Assembly (NCBI GenBank): GCA_034530875.2
Contig: JAVRCJ020000059.1
Coordinates: forward strand, 1 to 32,828
Direction of reading: 5' to 3'
DNA length: 32,828 nucleotides
From: Nostoc sp. DedSLP01
GTDB lineage: Bacteria; Cyanobacteriota; Cyanobacteriia; Cyanobacteriales; Nostocaceae
The notes beneath the pieces are model-generated. The model saw only the letters and a program-made list of their open reading frames with translations, searched no databases and was not told the DNA's origin. Below are positions 9,275 to 18,850 of the stretch, piece after piece. Both the position numbers and the translations under genes were made by a program. The number at the start of each line of letters is the position of its first letter. Positions within the stretch are counted from its first letter, which is position 1.

Positions 9275-10066
9275 TCAGAAAATTTGGTAACCCCATCTGA
9301 CAAAATCTTTACTATTAGATATAGTTAAAAAATCAATAGTTTTAAACTGGCGATCGATAGCTGGAAGGCTGCATATTTTAGCACCAATATTCAAGTATGC
9401 CTGCAAAATTTTAGGAATTTCTAAATCGCATAAATCCGAACAATTTTCAGGTAATTCTACACAATATTGCGAATTGGGATAAACTAAAACACTCGGATGC
9501 ATCAAGCCGTTCTGTCGAAAATAATTATAAACGCAACTGGCTTGCCAAGGAGATTGTGTTAATAATGATGCACAGCCAAAGAAGTATTGATTTTTAGTCC
9601 AGATGAGATAATTTGCTAGACCTTCCCAGAGTAGTAAAAGTGTTTGACTATTGCGATATTCTTTAGCTATACACGCACGCCCAACTTCTACTGATGCTTG
9701 CAGCACAGAATTAGGAATTGTATTAAGATTAAAAATATCGGCAGCATCAAAGCCTAATCTTTCAGAAGCCATTTTATAGGTTTGCATCCGATAAGTGCCA
9801 ATGGTTTTATCGGTCTGTTTGCAGATAAGAATCAGATGATGGCAAACTTCATCAAACTTATCTGTATCCATCTCAGTCAAGTTAGAACTAGAAAATCCTA
9901 ACCCTAGTTCAAGATTAAAAACTTCAAAACGCAATCGAAAAATTGATTTCAATTCTTCTTCAGTTGAAGCAAGCCGTAGAATATATTTTTGAGTTTGAAG
10001 GACAGGAAAATCTTCAATATGAGGAGGATTCAGTGGGTAATTAATATTGCGTTCAGAAACTTCCAT
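9275..10066 (-). CDS. OlsB-like GNAT amino-acid N-acyltransferase
   Basis: RLRFEVF, DKFDEVCHHL, GTYRM, EVGRAC, FGCAS and YLNIGAKIC...DRQFKTID match the ornithine N-acyltransferase pattern. Confidence 0.8.
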   Translation of the reverse strand: MEVSERNINYPLNPPHIEDFPVLQTQKYILRLASTEEELKSIFRLRFEVFNLELGLGFSSSNLTEMDTDKFDEVCHHLILICKQTDKTIGTYRMQTYKMASERLGFDAADIFNLNTIPNSVLQASVEVGRACIAKEYRNSQTLLLLWEGLANYLIWTKNQYFFGCASLLTQSPWQASCVYNYFRQNGLMHPSVLVYPNSQYCVELPENCSDLCDLEIPKILQAYLNIGAKICSLPAIDRQFKTIDFLTISNSKDFVRWGYQIF

Positions 10067-10406
10067 CTGTCTTCCTACTTATACAATTTTGGATTTTGGA
10101 TTCTTAATTGATAATTTCTTTTTCTTCTAGTAATGTCAGAATCCATCTGTCAGCTTCATTTTCAAATTGGTATTAGATTTGCGAAAATATCGTACTAGGA
10201 TTTAGGCACTATACAATTAATGCGTCGAAGCGCGATCGGCACAGTTATTCATAAAAAATCCTCTAGAGAGTTTTCTACTCTCCAGGATAGAGTGTTTTTA
10301 TTATGGACATTAATGGCAAAAAAATCTGGCAATAAGATACAAAATTTTTCTTAAATATAGGGTATAAATGCAGGTAATACTATTTGCAAAAACCCGATAA
10401 ATCAAA

Positions 10407-10472
10407 AGACGCGATTTATGGCGTCTGTACAAAAGATTGATTATTGTAGAGACGGCGATTTATCGCGTCTCT
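10407..10472. repeat. Pair of REP-like palindromes
   Basis: AGACGCGATTTATGGCGTCTGTAC (10407-10430) and GTAGAGACGGCGATTTATCGCGTCTCT (10446-10472). Confidence 0.75.
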
Positions 10473-10485
10473 GTCACAATCAGAT

Positions 10486-10514
10486 AAAAAAGCCCCTAGA
10501 TTTATCTAGAGGCT
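10486..10514 (-). terminator. Intrinsic terminator downstream of the ndh-NAD kinase run
   Basis: Minus strand reads AGCCTCTAGA-TAAA-TCTAGGGGCT then a T run. Confidence 0.8.
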
Positions 10515-10588
10515 GGGATAATTTTGATTGGAATGCTTGGGTTGAGGTTAGCGTTTGCCATTTCTAACAAAAGTCCTCTCAAACACTT

Positions 10589-11509
10589 TCAATTACGGTG
10601 ATTATTGCTGTAACGAACCCTTGTACCTGCCCACAGTAACTTCTCCCGCAGCGTTTGATAGTAAGAATTGTTCTCGCGCAAAATAATAAATTTAGCTCGG
10701 CAATCTGCCATTCGCACATCAACGCGGTGTCCAGGCCAAATTGAAGTCCCCAACACTCCATCTGTCCACAGCTTAGTACTGAGATCGTAATCCCCCAAAG
10801 GCCAAACACTCACCACAGAACCAGGGGGTAAAACGAGGGGACGACTAGAAAGACTCATTGCACAAATCGGAGTAACGGTAATCGCCTCCATACCATCGTG
10901 CATAATTGGGCCGTTAGCAGAAACGGTGTAACCAGTGGAACCCGTGGGAGTGGAAATAATCAACCCATCTCCAACGTATTGGTCAACTACCTCACCATCG
11001 ATTTCCATTTCTAAAATCGAGGTAATCATGCGGTCAGCAGAAGCCGGTTTGACACAAAATTCATTCAAAGACAAGTAACGTTCGCTGACTGGCTCTAAAT
11101 TAGACCCATGACCCTCATACACCGCAGCTTGTAACATCATCCGTCGTTGGACAGCATAGCGATCCTCAAACAGCCGATCCCAAACTTTCTCGGTATCCTG
11201 AAACTCTTCCACTGACTCAGTTAAAAACCCCAGATGGCCTCCCACATTCACTCCCAGAATTGGGATACCAGCCGGGGCTAAATGTCTGGCACTTGTTAAA
11301 ACAGTGCCATCGCCACCAAGTACCAAAGCGAGATCGATTGGTTGATTCACCGAAGCCAAAAAGACTGGATAAGGATTGTCTTTCGGCCCGCTAGGCCCCA
11401 TCAACACCTGGCACTGGCGATTTTCAAGTTGTTTAGCGCACATTTCTGCCCATTCTTTGCTTCGGGCATCCCGCGCTTTATAAGCAATGATTACCTGCTT
11501 GAGTTGCAC
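10589..11509 (-). CDS. nadK: NAD(+) kinase
   Basis: LGGDGT, GHLGFL, LNE and GDGLIISTPTGSTGY motifs. Likely start is GTG 11509 (MQLKQV); the ORF track starts at TTG 11515. Confidence 0.95.
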   Translation of the reverse strand: MQLKQVIIAYKARDARSKEWAEMCAKQLENRQCQVLMGPSGPKDNPYPVFLASVNQPIDLALVLGGDGTVLTSARHLAPAGIPILGVNVGGHLGFLTESVEEFQDTEKVWDRLFEDRYAVQRRMMLQAAVYEGHGSNLEPVSERYLSLNEFCVKPASADRMITSILEMEIDGEVVDQYVGDGLIISTPTGSTGYTVSANGPIMHDGMEAITVTPICAMSLSSRPLVLPPGSVVSVWPLGDYDLSTKLWTDGVLGTSIWPGHRVDVRMADCRAKFIILRENNSYYQTLREKLLWAGTRVRYSNNHRN

Positions 11510-11515
11510 GCACAA

Positions 11516-11821
11516 TTACCACTTCAGGAGATTAAACTGCTCCATATCGACGGTATCACGGTTGCGATAAATGGCAAGCACGATCGCTAAACCCACCGCC
11601 GCCTCGGCTGCGGCCACAGTAATCACAAATACGGTGAAAACCTGACCCTTAATTAATGTTGAGTCGAGGAAGTTGGAAAATGCCATTAAATTCAGATTAA
11701 CAGCATTGAGTAACAACTCAATTGACATCAGCACCCGCACAGCATTGCGGCTGGTAATTAAACCGTAGATGCCAATACAAAATAAAGCCGCTGCTAATAA
11801 TAAAAAGTACTGGAGTTGCAT
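11516..11821 (-). CDS. ndhE: NDH-1 subunit E (NuoK)
   Basis: [12 protein letters not shown] and [10 protein letters not shown] motifs; operon position. Confidence 0.98.
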   Translation of the reverse strand: MQLQYFLLLAAALFCIGIYGLITSRNAVRVLMSIELLLNAVNLNLMAFSNFLDSTLIKGQVFTVFVITVAAAEAAVGLAIVLAIYRNRDTVDMEQFNLLKW

Positions 11822-11866
11822 GAATCTGAGTATTCCTTCTGAAAAAACGCCACTTTCTATGAAAAC

Positions 11867-12070
11867 AGAATTCAGGAGTCAGGAGTCAGGAATCAGAATT
11901 CAGGAGTCAGAATTCAGGAGTCAGAATTCTGAATGAATTATACTTCCACTGCTGAAGCAGCGCAGTCTTGAGGTTTTTTCATTTGATGGTGCTTCCAAGT
12001 ATGTCCCAATCCCTCACTAGCAGTGATTCTGAATTCTGAATTCTGAATTCTGAATTCTGCATTCTGCATT
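11867..12070. repeat. Inverted heptamer arrays between ndhG and ndhE
   Basis: (CAGAATT/CAGGAGT)n at 11867-11931 and (GAATTCT)n at ~12025-12070. Confidence 0.9.
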
Positions 12071-12072
12071 CT

Positions 12073-12678
12073 TTACTCCCTGGTTTCGCTGCTTGATACC
12101 AGTTCTCTGGGGCGTTCTGGCAAAGTCAAGATGGTTTGCGGTAAATCGGATGGTGTGAGGTCTGGCAAATACTCGCGACGTGCCAAAATAATCGCTCCTA
12201 CCATTGCCATCAGCAGCAAAATGGAAGCTAGTTCAAAAGGTAGTAAAAAGTCACTGAAGAAATGTTCGCCAATTACAACTATAGAACCTTTACTACTTGC
12301 AGGAGTAGTTGAGTAAGCCCAAGGAGTCGCCAGTACCATCGTACTCAAAAGGCCAAACAATCCCAGACTAACTATGCCTGTTAATGCCTTCCGCACCCAA
12401 GAATTGGGAAATGGCACAAAATTCTGCCGCTTGTTCACCAACATAATGGCAAACAAAATCAGCACGTTAACCGCCCCAACATAAATCAGCACTTGTGCGG
12501 CTGCAACAAAATCACCATTCAGCAACAGGTAAAGCCCCGCCATGCTGATGAACACGCCCCCTAGCATAAAGGCAGAATAGACGATACTAGGCGACAGCAC
12601 TACGCCAAGGGCTGCCCCAATCATCATCACACCCAGTACGCCAAGGGATACAATCTGTACTCCTTCCGCTAGATTCAC
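12073..12678 (-). CDS. ndhG: NDH-1 subunit G (NuoJ)
   Basis: QVLIYVGAVNVLILFAIML and LPFELASILLL motifs; GTG start. Confidence 0.98.
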   Translation of the reverse strand: MNLAEGVQIVSLGVLGVMMIGAALGVVLSPSIVYSAFMLGGVFISMAGLYLLLNGDFVAAAQVLIYVGAVNVLILFAIMLVNKRQNFVPFPNSWVRKALTGIVSLGLFGLLSTMVLATPWAYSTTPASSKGSIVVIGEHFFSDFLLPFELASILLLMAMVGAIILARREYLPDLTPSDLPQTILTLPERPRELVSSSETRE

Positions 12679-12714
12679 TGTTTTTTGCCCTCAGTCAATT
12701 TCATTGGTCGATCG

Positions 12715-12785
12715 ATTTTGGATTTTAGATTTTAGATTTTAGATTTTTCTTTCAATCCAAAATCCAAAATTTAAAATTTAAAATT
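12715..12785. repeat. Inverted heptamer arrays between ndhI and ndhG
   Basis: (ATTTTAG/ATTTTGG)n faces (CCAAAAT/TTAAAAT)n. Confidence 0.9.
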
Positions 12786-12794
12786 GCTTGACAT

Positions 12795-13379
12795 TTATTT
12801 TTCGGTTTGTTCCACCAGGTCTTGTGGACGCGCACCCGCGGGTGGCGCATCCTCAGGCAGTCCGTGGGGTTCGAGGACACCTTTGGGTAGGTAAACTAGT
12901 TCGCGTAGTGGTGTCACCATTGGGTCATTTGTTACCTTATAAGGCAGACGACCTAGTGCTACGTTGTCATAGTTCAATTCATGGCGATCGTAAGTGGAAA
13001 GCTCATACTCTTCTGTCATGGATAGACAGTTAGTCGGGCAAAATTCCACACAATTGCCGCAAAAGATACAAACTCCAAAATCAATACTGTAGTGCTTGAG
13101 TTTTTTCTTTTTGCTGGCTTTGTCGAATTCCCAATCTACTACAGGCAGATTTATCGGACAAACGCGAACACAAACTTCGCAGGCGATGCACTTATCAAAC
13201 TCAAAGTGAATTCTACCGCGAAACCGTTCGCCAGGAATCAGTTTCTCGTAAGGGTACTGTACGGTAATCGGACGCCGCCGCATGTGGTCGAAGGTAACAG
13301 AAAGTCCCTGACCAATGTAACGCGCAGCTTGTATTGTTTCTTTGGTGTAATCACCAACTTGTTTCAGGAACTTTAGCAT
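12795..13379 (-). CDS. ndhI: NDH-1 subunit I (two 4Fe-4S clusters)
   Basis: [12 protein letters not shown] and [12 protein letters not shown] motifs. Confidence 0.98.
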   Translation of the reverse strand: MLKFLKQVGDYTKETIQAARYIGQGLSVTFDHMRRRPITVQYPYEKLIPGERFRGRIHFEFDKCIACEVCVRVCPINLPVVDWEFDKASKKKKLKHYSIDFGVCIFCGNCVEFCPTNCLSMTEEYELSTYDRHELNYDNVALGRLPYKVTNDPMVTPLRELVYLPKGVLEPHGLPEDAPPAGARPQDLVEQTEK

Positions 13380-13400
13380 TGTGTTTCACTCTCTCTATCA

Positions 13401-13471
13401 ATTTTGGATTTTGGATTTTGGATTTTAGATTTTAGACTTCATCCAAAATCTAAAATCTAAAATCTAAAATT
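13401..13471. repeat. Inverted heptamer arrays between ndhA and ndhI
   Basis: (ATTTTGG/ATTTTAG)n faces (CTAAAAT)n. Confidence 0.9.
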
Positions 13472-13474
13472 CCT

Positions 13475-14593
13475 TTACCCACCAAAGGCGAAAGGAAAGG
13501 CTAGTTTCAGGGCGGCAGTTAATAAAAGATTAACCAAACCAACTGGCAACAAGAACTTCCATCCTAAATCTAACAATTGATCGATCCGTACCCGTGGCAC
13601 TGTCCAGCGTAACAAAATAGCGACAAACACTAGTAAATAAGCTTTGATTACCGTCATGGTGATACCCAAAGCAGCAGTTACTACCTGCAACACAGGATCG
13701 GCTTCGCTGATTCCCAGCCAACCAGCTATGAGGTTGAGGGGAATGGGAAAGTCCCAGCCGCCCAGGTAGAGAATTGCTACGAGTAGAGAAGAAAGGATTA
13801 AGTTAACGTAGGAACCCAGGTAGAACAGACCGAATTTCATGCCTGCGTATTCAGTCTGATAACCTGCTACTAGTTCTTCTTCTGCTTCGGGTAAGTCAAA
13901 GGGCAGTCTTTCGCACTCAGCTAAGGCGGCTATCCAAAAAATCAGAAAACCGACTGGTTGACGCCAAATGTTCCAGCCCAGGATGCCGTAGCCTGATTGT
14001 TGATTCACAATGTCAACGGTGCTGAGGCTATTAGACATCATAGCGATCGCTAACACTGCCAGCGCCAACGGAATTTCATAACTAATAGATTGCGCTGCTG
14101 CCCGCAAACCCCCTAACAGAGAGTATTTGTTATTAGATGCGTAGCCAGCCATCAACAAGCCAATGGGCTGAATGCTTGACAAAGCAATCCATAAAAATAC
14201 GCCCATGCCCACATTGCTAATTACGATGTTCTGTCCAAAGGGCACAATCAGGAACGACAGAAACACCGGAATCACAACAATAATTGGGCCGAGGGTAAAC
14301 AGCCAACGGTCAGATTTTGCTGGCACGATATCTTCTTTAAATACCAGCTTCAGACCATCCGCTACAGGCACCAGTAACCCAAAAGGCCCTTGGTATTCTG
14401 GTCCAATCCGTTGCTGTGCGGCGGCGGAAATTTTTCGCTCTAGCCAGGTGGCGACTAATACCCCCACTGTTGCCCCAATCAGCATTAGTACCATTGGCAG
14501 TGGCATCCAAATTGCTTTAGCTGTTCCTGCTGGTACGCCTAATTCAGTGAGGGATTGAATAAAAGTTCCTTGGAGGTCAATTCCTGAATTCAT
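13475..14593 (-). CDS. ndhA: NDH-1 subunit A (NuoH)
   Basis: [27 protein letters not shown] and [15 protein letters not shown] motifs. Confidence 0.99.
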   Translation of the reverse strand: MNSGIDLQGTFIQSLTELGVPAGTAKAIWMPLPMVLMLIGATVGVLVATWLERKISAAAQQRIGPEYQGPFGLLVPVADGLKLVFKEDIVPAKSDRWLFTLGPIIVVIPVFLSFLIVPFGQNIVISNVGMGVFLWIALSSIQPIGLLMAGYASNNKYSLLGGLRAAAQSISYEIPLALAVLAIAMMSNSLSTVDIVNQQSGYGILGWNIWRQPVGFLIFWIAALAECERLPFDLPEAEEELVAGYQTEYAGMKFGLFYLGSYVNLILSSLLVAILYLGGWDFPIPLNLIAGWLGISEADPVLQVVTAALGITMTVIKAYLLVFVAILLRWTVPRVRIDQLLDLGWKFLLPVGLVNLLLTAALKLAFPFAFGG

Positions 14594-14813
14594 GTTTCCG
14601 CTCTTTAAGACATGAGTCAGAGTGAGTTACAAATATTACTTAATTAATACCTGTAAATTCACTCATTGATAAATTTTGCCTAGATGAGGTCTAATTGAAG
14701 ATTTGTTGCCAATTCCCATGTTTAGTATATCGTTGGATGGTTTTACCACCCTGAAGCGAGATATCAACTTCTACTTATGGTTGGCATTGACGTTGGCTAT
14801 TGAGTGAAGAGAA

Positions 14814-14893
14814 TGGGGAAAGGAGCAAGGGGCAAAGGGGAAAGGAAAGATCCCTCCTTTTCCCTTTTACCTTTTCCCTACCCGAAGGGTTTT
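14814..14893. repeat. Purine/pyrimidine STRR pair carrying a 24-bp element also present at 23016-23039
   Basis: CCTTTTCCCTACCCGAAGGGTTTT (14870-14893) is the exact reverse complement of 23016-23039. Confidence 0.85.
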
Positions 14894-14904
14894 GCCAATA
14901 TCAG

Positions 14905-16041
14905 TTAACGTTGGTCGATGGGAATATAAGGAACTTCGTGGTGACCGTTGTAAACCTGGGTAGGACGGAAAATCCGGTTTTCTGCTAGCTGTTCTTTCCA
15001 GTGGGCTAGCCAACCGGCAACGCGGGCGATCGCAAATATTGGTGTAAACAAGTCTGTGGGAATTCCCATTTTTCTGTACACCAAACCAGAATAAAAGTCA
15101 ACATTAGGATAAATCCCTTTGCCGCCGAGTTTTTCCTCTACCACTCGTTCCATTTCTTGGGCGATGTCATAGTACTTGTCATACCCAAACTTGTCAAACA
15201 ACTGTTCGGCTAACTTTTGCAAAATTGTGGCTCGTGGGTCTTTGACTTTATAGACGCGATGTCCAAAGCCCATAATCTTCGATTTACGTTGCAGACAGTC
15301 CTCGATGTAGGGGCGGACATTTTCCACAGAGCCAATCTCTTCTAACATCTGAATAACTTCTTCATTGGCTCCACCATGCAAGGGGCCTCCCAACGTTCCC
15401 ACAGCACTAGCAACCACAGCGTAAGGATCTGTCAAGGTAGAAGCTGTAACCCTGGCGCTGAAGGTAGAAGCATTCATTGTATGCTCGACATGTAATATCA
15501 AGCAGATATCGAAAATTCTCGCTGCCAAAGGATCCGGTTCTTGCTCGTTGAGCATGTATAGGAAGTTGGCAGAGTAGTCTAGGTCATCACGGGGACGCAC
15601 AGGATCGTTGCCTTTTCGCATCAGTTGGAACGCCGCTACCATTGTGGGAATGGTTGCTATCAAGCGCACTACTGAATCTCGAATGTAGGCAGGATTATGT
15701 AAATCCCGGAGCGAATAAAACAACCCTAAAGCAGCAGCAGAGGCTTGTAGGGCATCCATTGGGTGACCGCTTTCTGGGAAGCATTTCATCATATCGCGGA
15801 TGCGGTATTTTATTCGCCTATGGTGACGAACTTCATGTTCAAATGCTTCCAGTTCTTGTTTACTGGGCAGTTCACCCCAGATTAAGAGATAAGCAGTTTC
15901 TAGGAATGTACTTTTTTCTGCTAATTCCTCAATCCGGATGCCACGATATTCTAGTATTCCCTTTTGCCCATCAACATAACTGATACTCGATTGGGCGGCG
16001 GGAATGCCTTCTAGACCAGGCTTGTATTCGCACACCATCAT
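14905..16041 (-). CDS. gltA: Citrate synthase
   Basis: GLEG, HPM, EHTMNAST, GPLHGGANE, GFGHRVYK and PNVDFYSG motifs. Confidence 0.99.
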   Translation of the reverse strand: MMVCEYKPGLEGIPAAQSSISYVDGQKGILEYRGIRIEELAEKSTFLETAYLLIWGELPSKQELEAFEHEVRHHRRIKYRIRDMMKCFPESGHPMDALQASAAALGLFYSLRDLHNPAYIRDSVVRLIATIPTMVAAFQLMRKGNDPVRPRDDLDYSANFLYMLNEQEPDPLAARIFDICLILHVEHTMNASTFSARVTASTLTDPYAVVASAVGTLGGPLHGGANEEVIQMLEEIGSVENVRPYIEDCLQRKSKIMGFGHRVYKVKDPRATILQKLAEQLFDKFGYDKYYDIAQEMERVVEEKLGGKGIYPNVDFYSGLVYRKMGIPTDLFTPIFAIARVAGWLAHWKEQLAENRIFRPTQVYNGHHEVPYIPIDQR

Positions 16042-16149
16042 GGCAACACCATTTATTTTTTGAAATATCCGATCAAGTTAACTTACCAGAAATTTATTGT
16101 CGCCATAACAGTAGCCCTTCTAACAACAATCGAAAATGTTGAAAAACTG

Positions 16150-16644
16150 CTATAGCAAATACTTGGGTGGTGTCAACCAAAACATCTGACTACGACCCAG
16201 AGGAGAACCACTTTCTGGTAGTTTTATCCCAATCATACCTGCTTTTTTCAAGACTAGGCTGGCTTTGACTTCCCCCCAAAGGAGAATTTCTGCCCAATTG
16301 GTTAAACCAGGTTCGTGTCCAACCAAGGCCAGTTGCGTATTTTGGGAATAATTTCTTGGCTCTAACCAATCTACCAGCCAATTAGAAATTTTCCCTCCAG
16401 GAGCTAGGTAACTAGATTCCTCTAGCTTGGGGCTTAATTTTTCTGCTATCAGGATTTCAGCCGTTTGGCGGGCGCGTACTAAGGGGCTGGTGAGAATCAA
16501 ATCAAAGTTTAAACCCAATTTTACAAGTTTGTGGGCAACTTTCTCGGTTTTTTCCCTTCCTTCTTTAGTAAGGCTGCGCTCCTCATCTTTGATGCCTAAA
16601 TCTTTATCTTCGGCGATGCCGTGACGAATCAGATATAGTTCCAT
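16150..16644 (-). CDS. sixA: Phosphohistidine phosphatase SixA
   Basis: LYLIRHGIAE, SPLVRARQTA and LVGHEP motifs. Confidence 0.95.
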   Translation of the reverse strand: MELYLIRHGIAEDKDLGIKDEERSLTKEGREKTEKVAHKLVKLGLNFDLILTSPLVRARQTAEILIAEKLSPKLEESSYLAPGGKISNWLVDWLEPRNYSQNTQLALVGHEPGLTNWAEILLWGEVKASLVLKKAGMIGIKLPESGSPLGRSQMFWLTPPKYLL

Positions 16645-16834
16645 AATTTTGAATTTTATTAGCGTATCTTATGCTGAGTTATTTAGTTACGCTGATTGTG
16701 TATTCATCTATCCTAACCTTAATCATCATTACTGATTCGTTTATCTGCCATCTATCTTGTGTAGCGAAGTGTTAGGCATTTTAAGATGTTAGGGATATGG
16801 TAATAGATTTAAATAGAATTTCAGTATCGATTTT

Positions 16835-17035
16835 TCACAGGTCAGGACAACGCCCTTCTCGCAGATGTTTGAGTGCTTTCTGTGGCAATGCATCTAACCG
16901 ACCTTCAGCCACATCTTTTTCAATCTGTTTATCCCAGGCTGCTGCATCGAATTCCGCAAACCAGACACGAAAAGCGGCGAGAGCCTCTGGTGAAAGTTGA
17001 CTAATAGCGAGTTCTACTTCCTTTAGGGTACTCAT
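16835..17035 (-). CDS. 66-aa putative antitoxin-like protein
   Basis: ATG 17035 gives MSTLKEVELAISQLS...WFAEFDAAAWDKQIEKDVAEGRLD, a pattern I recall from small proteins encoded upstream of RelE/HigB-like toxins. Confidence 0.65.
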   Translation of the reverse strand: MSTLKEVELAISQLSPEALAAFRVWFAEFDAAAWDKQIEKDVAEGRLDALPQKALKHLREGRCPDL

Positions 17036-17115
17036 ATATCTAGGTAAATCAAGCTTGTCATTCTCTAACTTCAATATACAAAGACTTCCGACCAAAATAG
17101 CTGAATTAATTTAGG

Positions 17116-18360
17116 CTAAATATTTTTGCACCATTGACACTGCTCAAATCTCTGTTTCAAAAATTGTTGGTTTGGACGGCACATTTCATCTTTTGGTACT
17201 TGTAGTTCTTTACCATCGATTGTTTTATATTCAGTATTTTTGAGAATAGGAGAAATATGTACCCTCATTGTTTTTGGATTTATTGCAATGAGGTTTAAGT
17301 CAAATAAGGTGTGCAAGTCAGCACGTAACAACAAACCATTTGAGGGATGATTATTTTCCGTTTCAATATAAGGAATTATATGGGCAGCTTCAAGCGCAGC
17401 CTCAGCATCAAAATTTGTAATAGCACACTTACTAGAGTAAGCATCTAGCAAATATTTACGAAATTGTGATTGTCCCTGTCTCCGAGCTATTGATACAGTA
17501 ATTTTTTGGCGAGCGTCAGCATCACTTTTAAAATCGAAAAATTTTTGTTTATCAAGTTCTTCTCTAGCAAGTAATATTTCGTTAATCTCTGGCAACGGTT
17601 CCGGATCTAATGGCGGTATTTTAGGCTCTGGTACTATCAATGGTTCTGGAGACCTTGGTGTTTCGCTAATCTTCCGCAAACTTGATTCACAGGAACTTAT
17701 TCTATTAATTGCTTTAACATATTTAGGATCGACTTCTAATGCTGATTTGTAAGCGTCTCTTGCAGCTTTGTAGTCCTTTTTTTGCTTAAAATCATCTCCT
17801 CGTTCCAAGAAGATGTCAACAAGCCTACGTCCTTGTTTTTGCCTTTGTTGTATTAGGGAATGCTTGTCCCACTCTGAATCTAAAAAAGCAGCAGCTTTAC
17901 TATTAAATCTACAACCACTTCCTCCAAAATTGAAATTTACTCCTTGAAAAGGAGGTAATTTTTTCAACTCTTTTTGTTCTAGAGGAAAATCAAAATCAAC
18001 AACTGAGTCTATTTGAAGATAAATAGAAAAATATCCATCATAATCATCTAAGTACGCTGCACTCAAATTTGAATATTTTTTGCTATCTAAAAATTTTAAT
18101 TGCTCATTTTTTGGTGCAGCAATAACATAACCAGCAGCAATAAAGCCACTAGGCTCGTTGCTAATATTTCCACTTCTTTGAAGATAGGCTCTATCTCCAA
18201 CTTGTATAAATTTGGAATTTCCACAACTCCAGGATGTTATATAGTAATTCCCTGATGAAATTACCGACTTTATCAAGCCAGGAAGTTGCTTATTTTTAAT
18301 GATTCCTTTTTCGCTGTAATATTCTGCTTCACCGTTGCAAAGAAAAATTATAGTTTCCAT
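17116..18360 (-). CDS. HNH endonuclease with N-terminal EVE/PUA-like domain and central TPR (candidate modification-dependent restriction enzyme)
   Basis: C-terminal RRGQSQFR...CAIT...LEAAHIIPY...NGLLLRADLHTLFD (HNH_2 type); TPR-like RGDDF...YKAARDAYKSALEVDPKY; N-terminal WSCGNSK-IQVGDRAYL...GFIAAGYV. Confidence 0.85.
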   Translation of the reverse strand: METIIFLCNGEAEYYSEKGIIKNKQLPGLIKSVISSGNYYITSWSCGNSKFIQVGDRAYLQRSGNISNEPSGFIAAGYVIAAPKNEQLKFLDSKKYSNLSAAYLDDYDGYFSIYLQIDSVVDFDFPLEQKELKKLPPFQGVNFNFGGSGCRFNSKAAAFLDSEWDKHSLIQQRQKQGRRLVDIFLERGDDFKQKKDYKAARDAYKSALEVDPKYVKAINRISSCESSLRKISETPRSPEPLIVPEPKIPPLDPEPLPEINEILLAREELDKQKFFDFKSDADARQKITVSIARRQGQSQFRKYLLDAYSSKCAITNFDAEAALEAAHIIPYIETENNHPSNGLLLRADLHTLFDLNLIAINPKTMRVHISPILKNTEYKTIDGKELQVPKDEMCRPNQQFLKQRFEQCQWCKNI

Positions 18361-18478
18361 TAGAAATAAAACTGACTAATCATGATAATCATGATGCTAG
18401 CCATTTAAAATACTAAAGATAAGCCGTATATTTACCTAATTTTAGACACGCTTTACGGTCGTTGTTGCGTAAATAATC

Positions 18479-18640
18479 TTACGGTTGTTCGTTAGTGTTA
18501 GGATAAAAGTCTAAAATTAGGTGTTCTAAATCCAACGCCTCCCATTGATGCGATTCTAAAAGTGCTGCGGTCTGTTCTACCCAAGCATAAAAATCTTGCT
18601 CGTACAGGGTTTGTAAAAGTTGAAGTTTTATAGACTTCAT
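18479..18640 (-). pseudogene. Truncated DUF29-family gene (53 codons; not in the ORF track)
   Basis: AAGGAG RBS, then MKSIKLQLLQTLYEQDFYAWVEQTAALLESHQWEALDLEHLI, the DUF29 N-terminal signature. Unrelated residues and a TAA follow. Confidence 0.8.
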
Positions 18641-18751
18641 GGCGCTCCTTTTTAGCAAAAAATATCAGGTACGCACTAGTTAATTTTATTTTTATTGGCT
18701 TACTTAAGATTAGGTACGAACTAGATTTCTAATTACATAATAAAAGTCAAA

Positions 18752-18777
18752 TTCCCGACTTTAAAAAAAGCCGGGAA
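18752..18777. terminator. Hairpin downstream of the DHH gene
   Basis: TTCCCGACTTT/AAAGCCGGGAA; pairs fully on the minus strand with one G-U. Confidence 0.45.
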
Positions 18778-18850
18778 GGGATTTTATAGAATGGAACACA
18801 CTTTTACTGATACATGAATTAGGAGTTATCCCCATCTCCTTCACCTTCCT

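Noticed and set aside
18373..18397. Fur/Zur-box-like TGATAATCATGATGC upstream of the 414-aa nuclease
   Set aside because: Only one half-site matches well, and such matches are common in AT-rich DNA.
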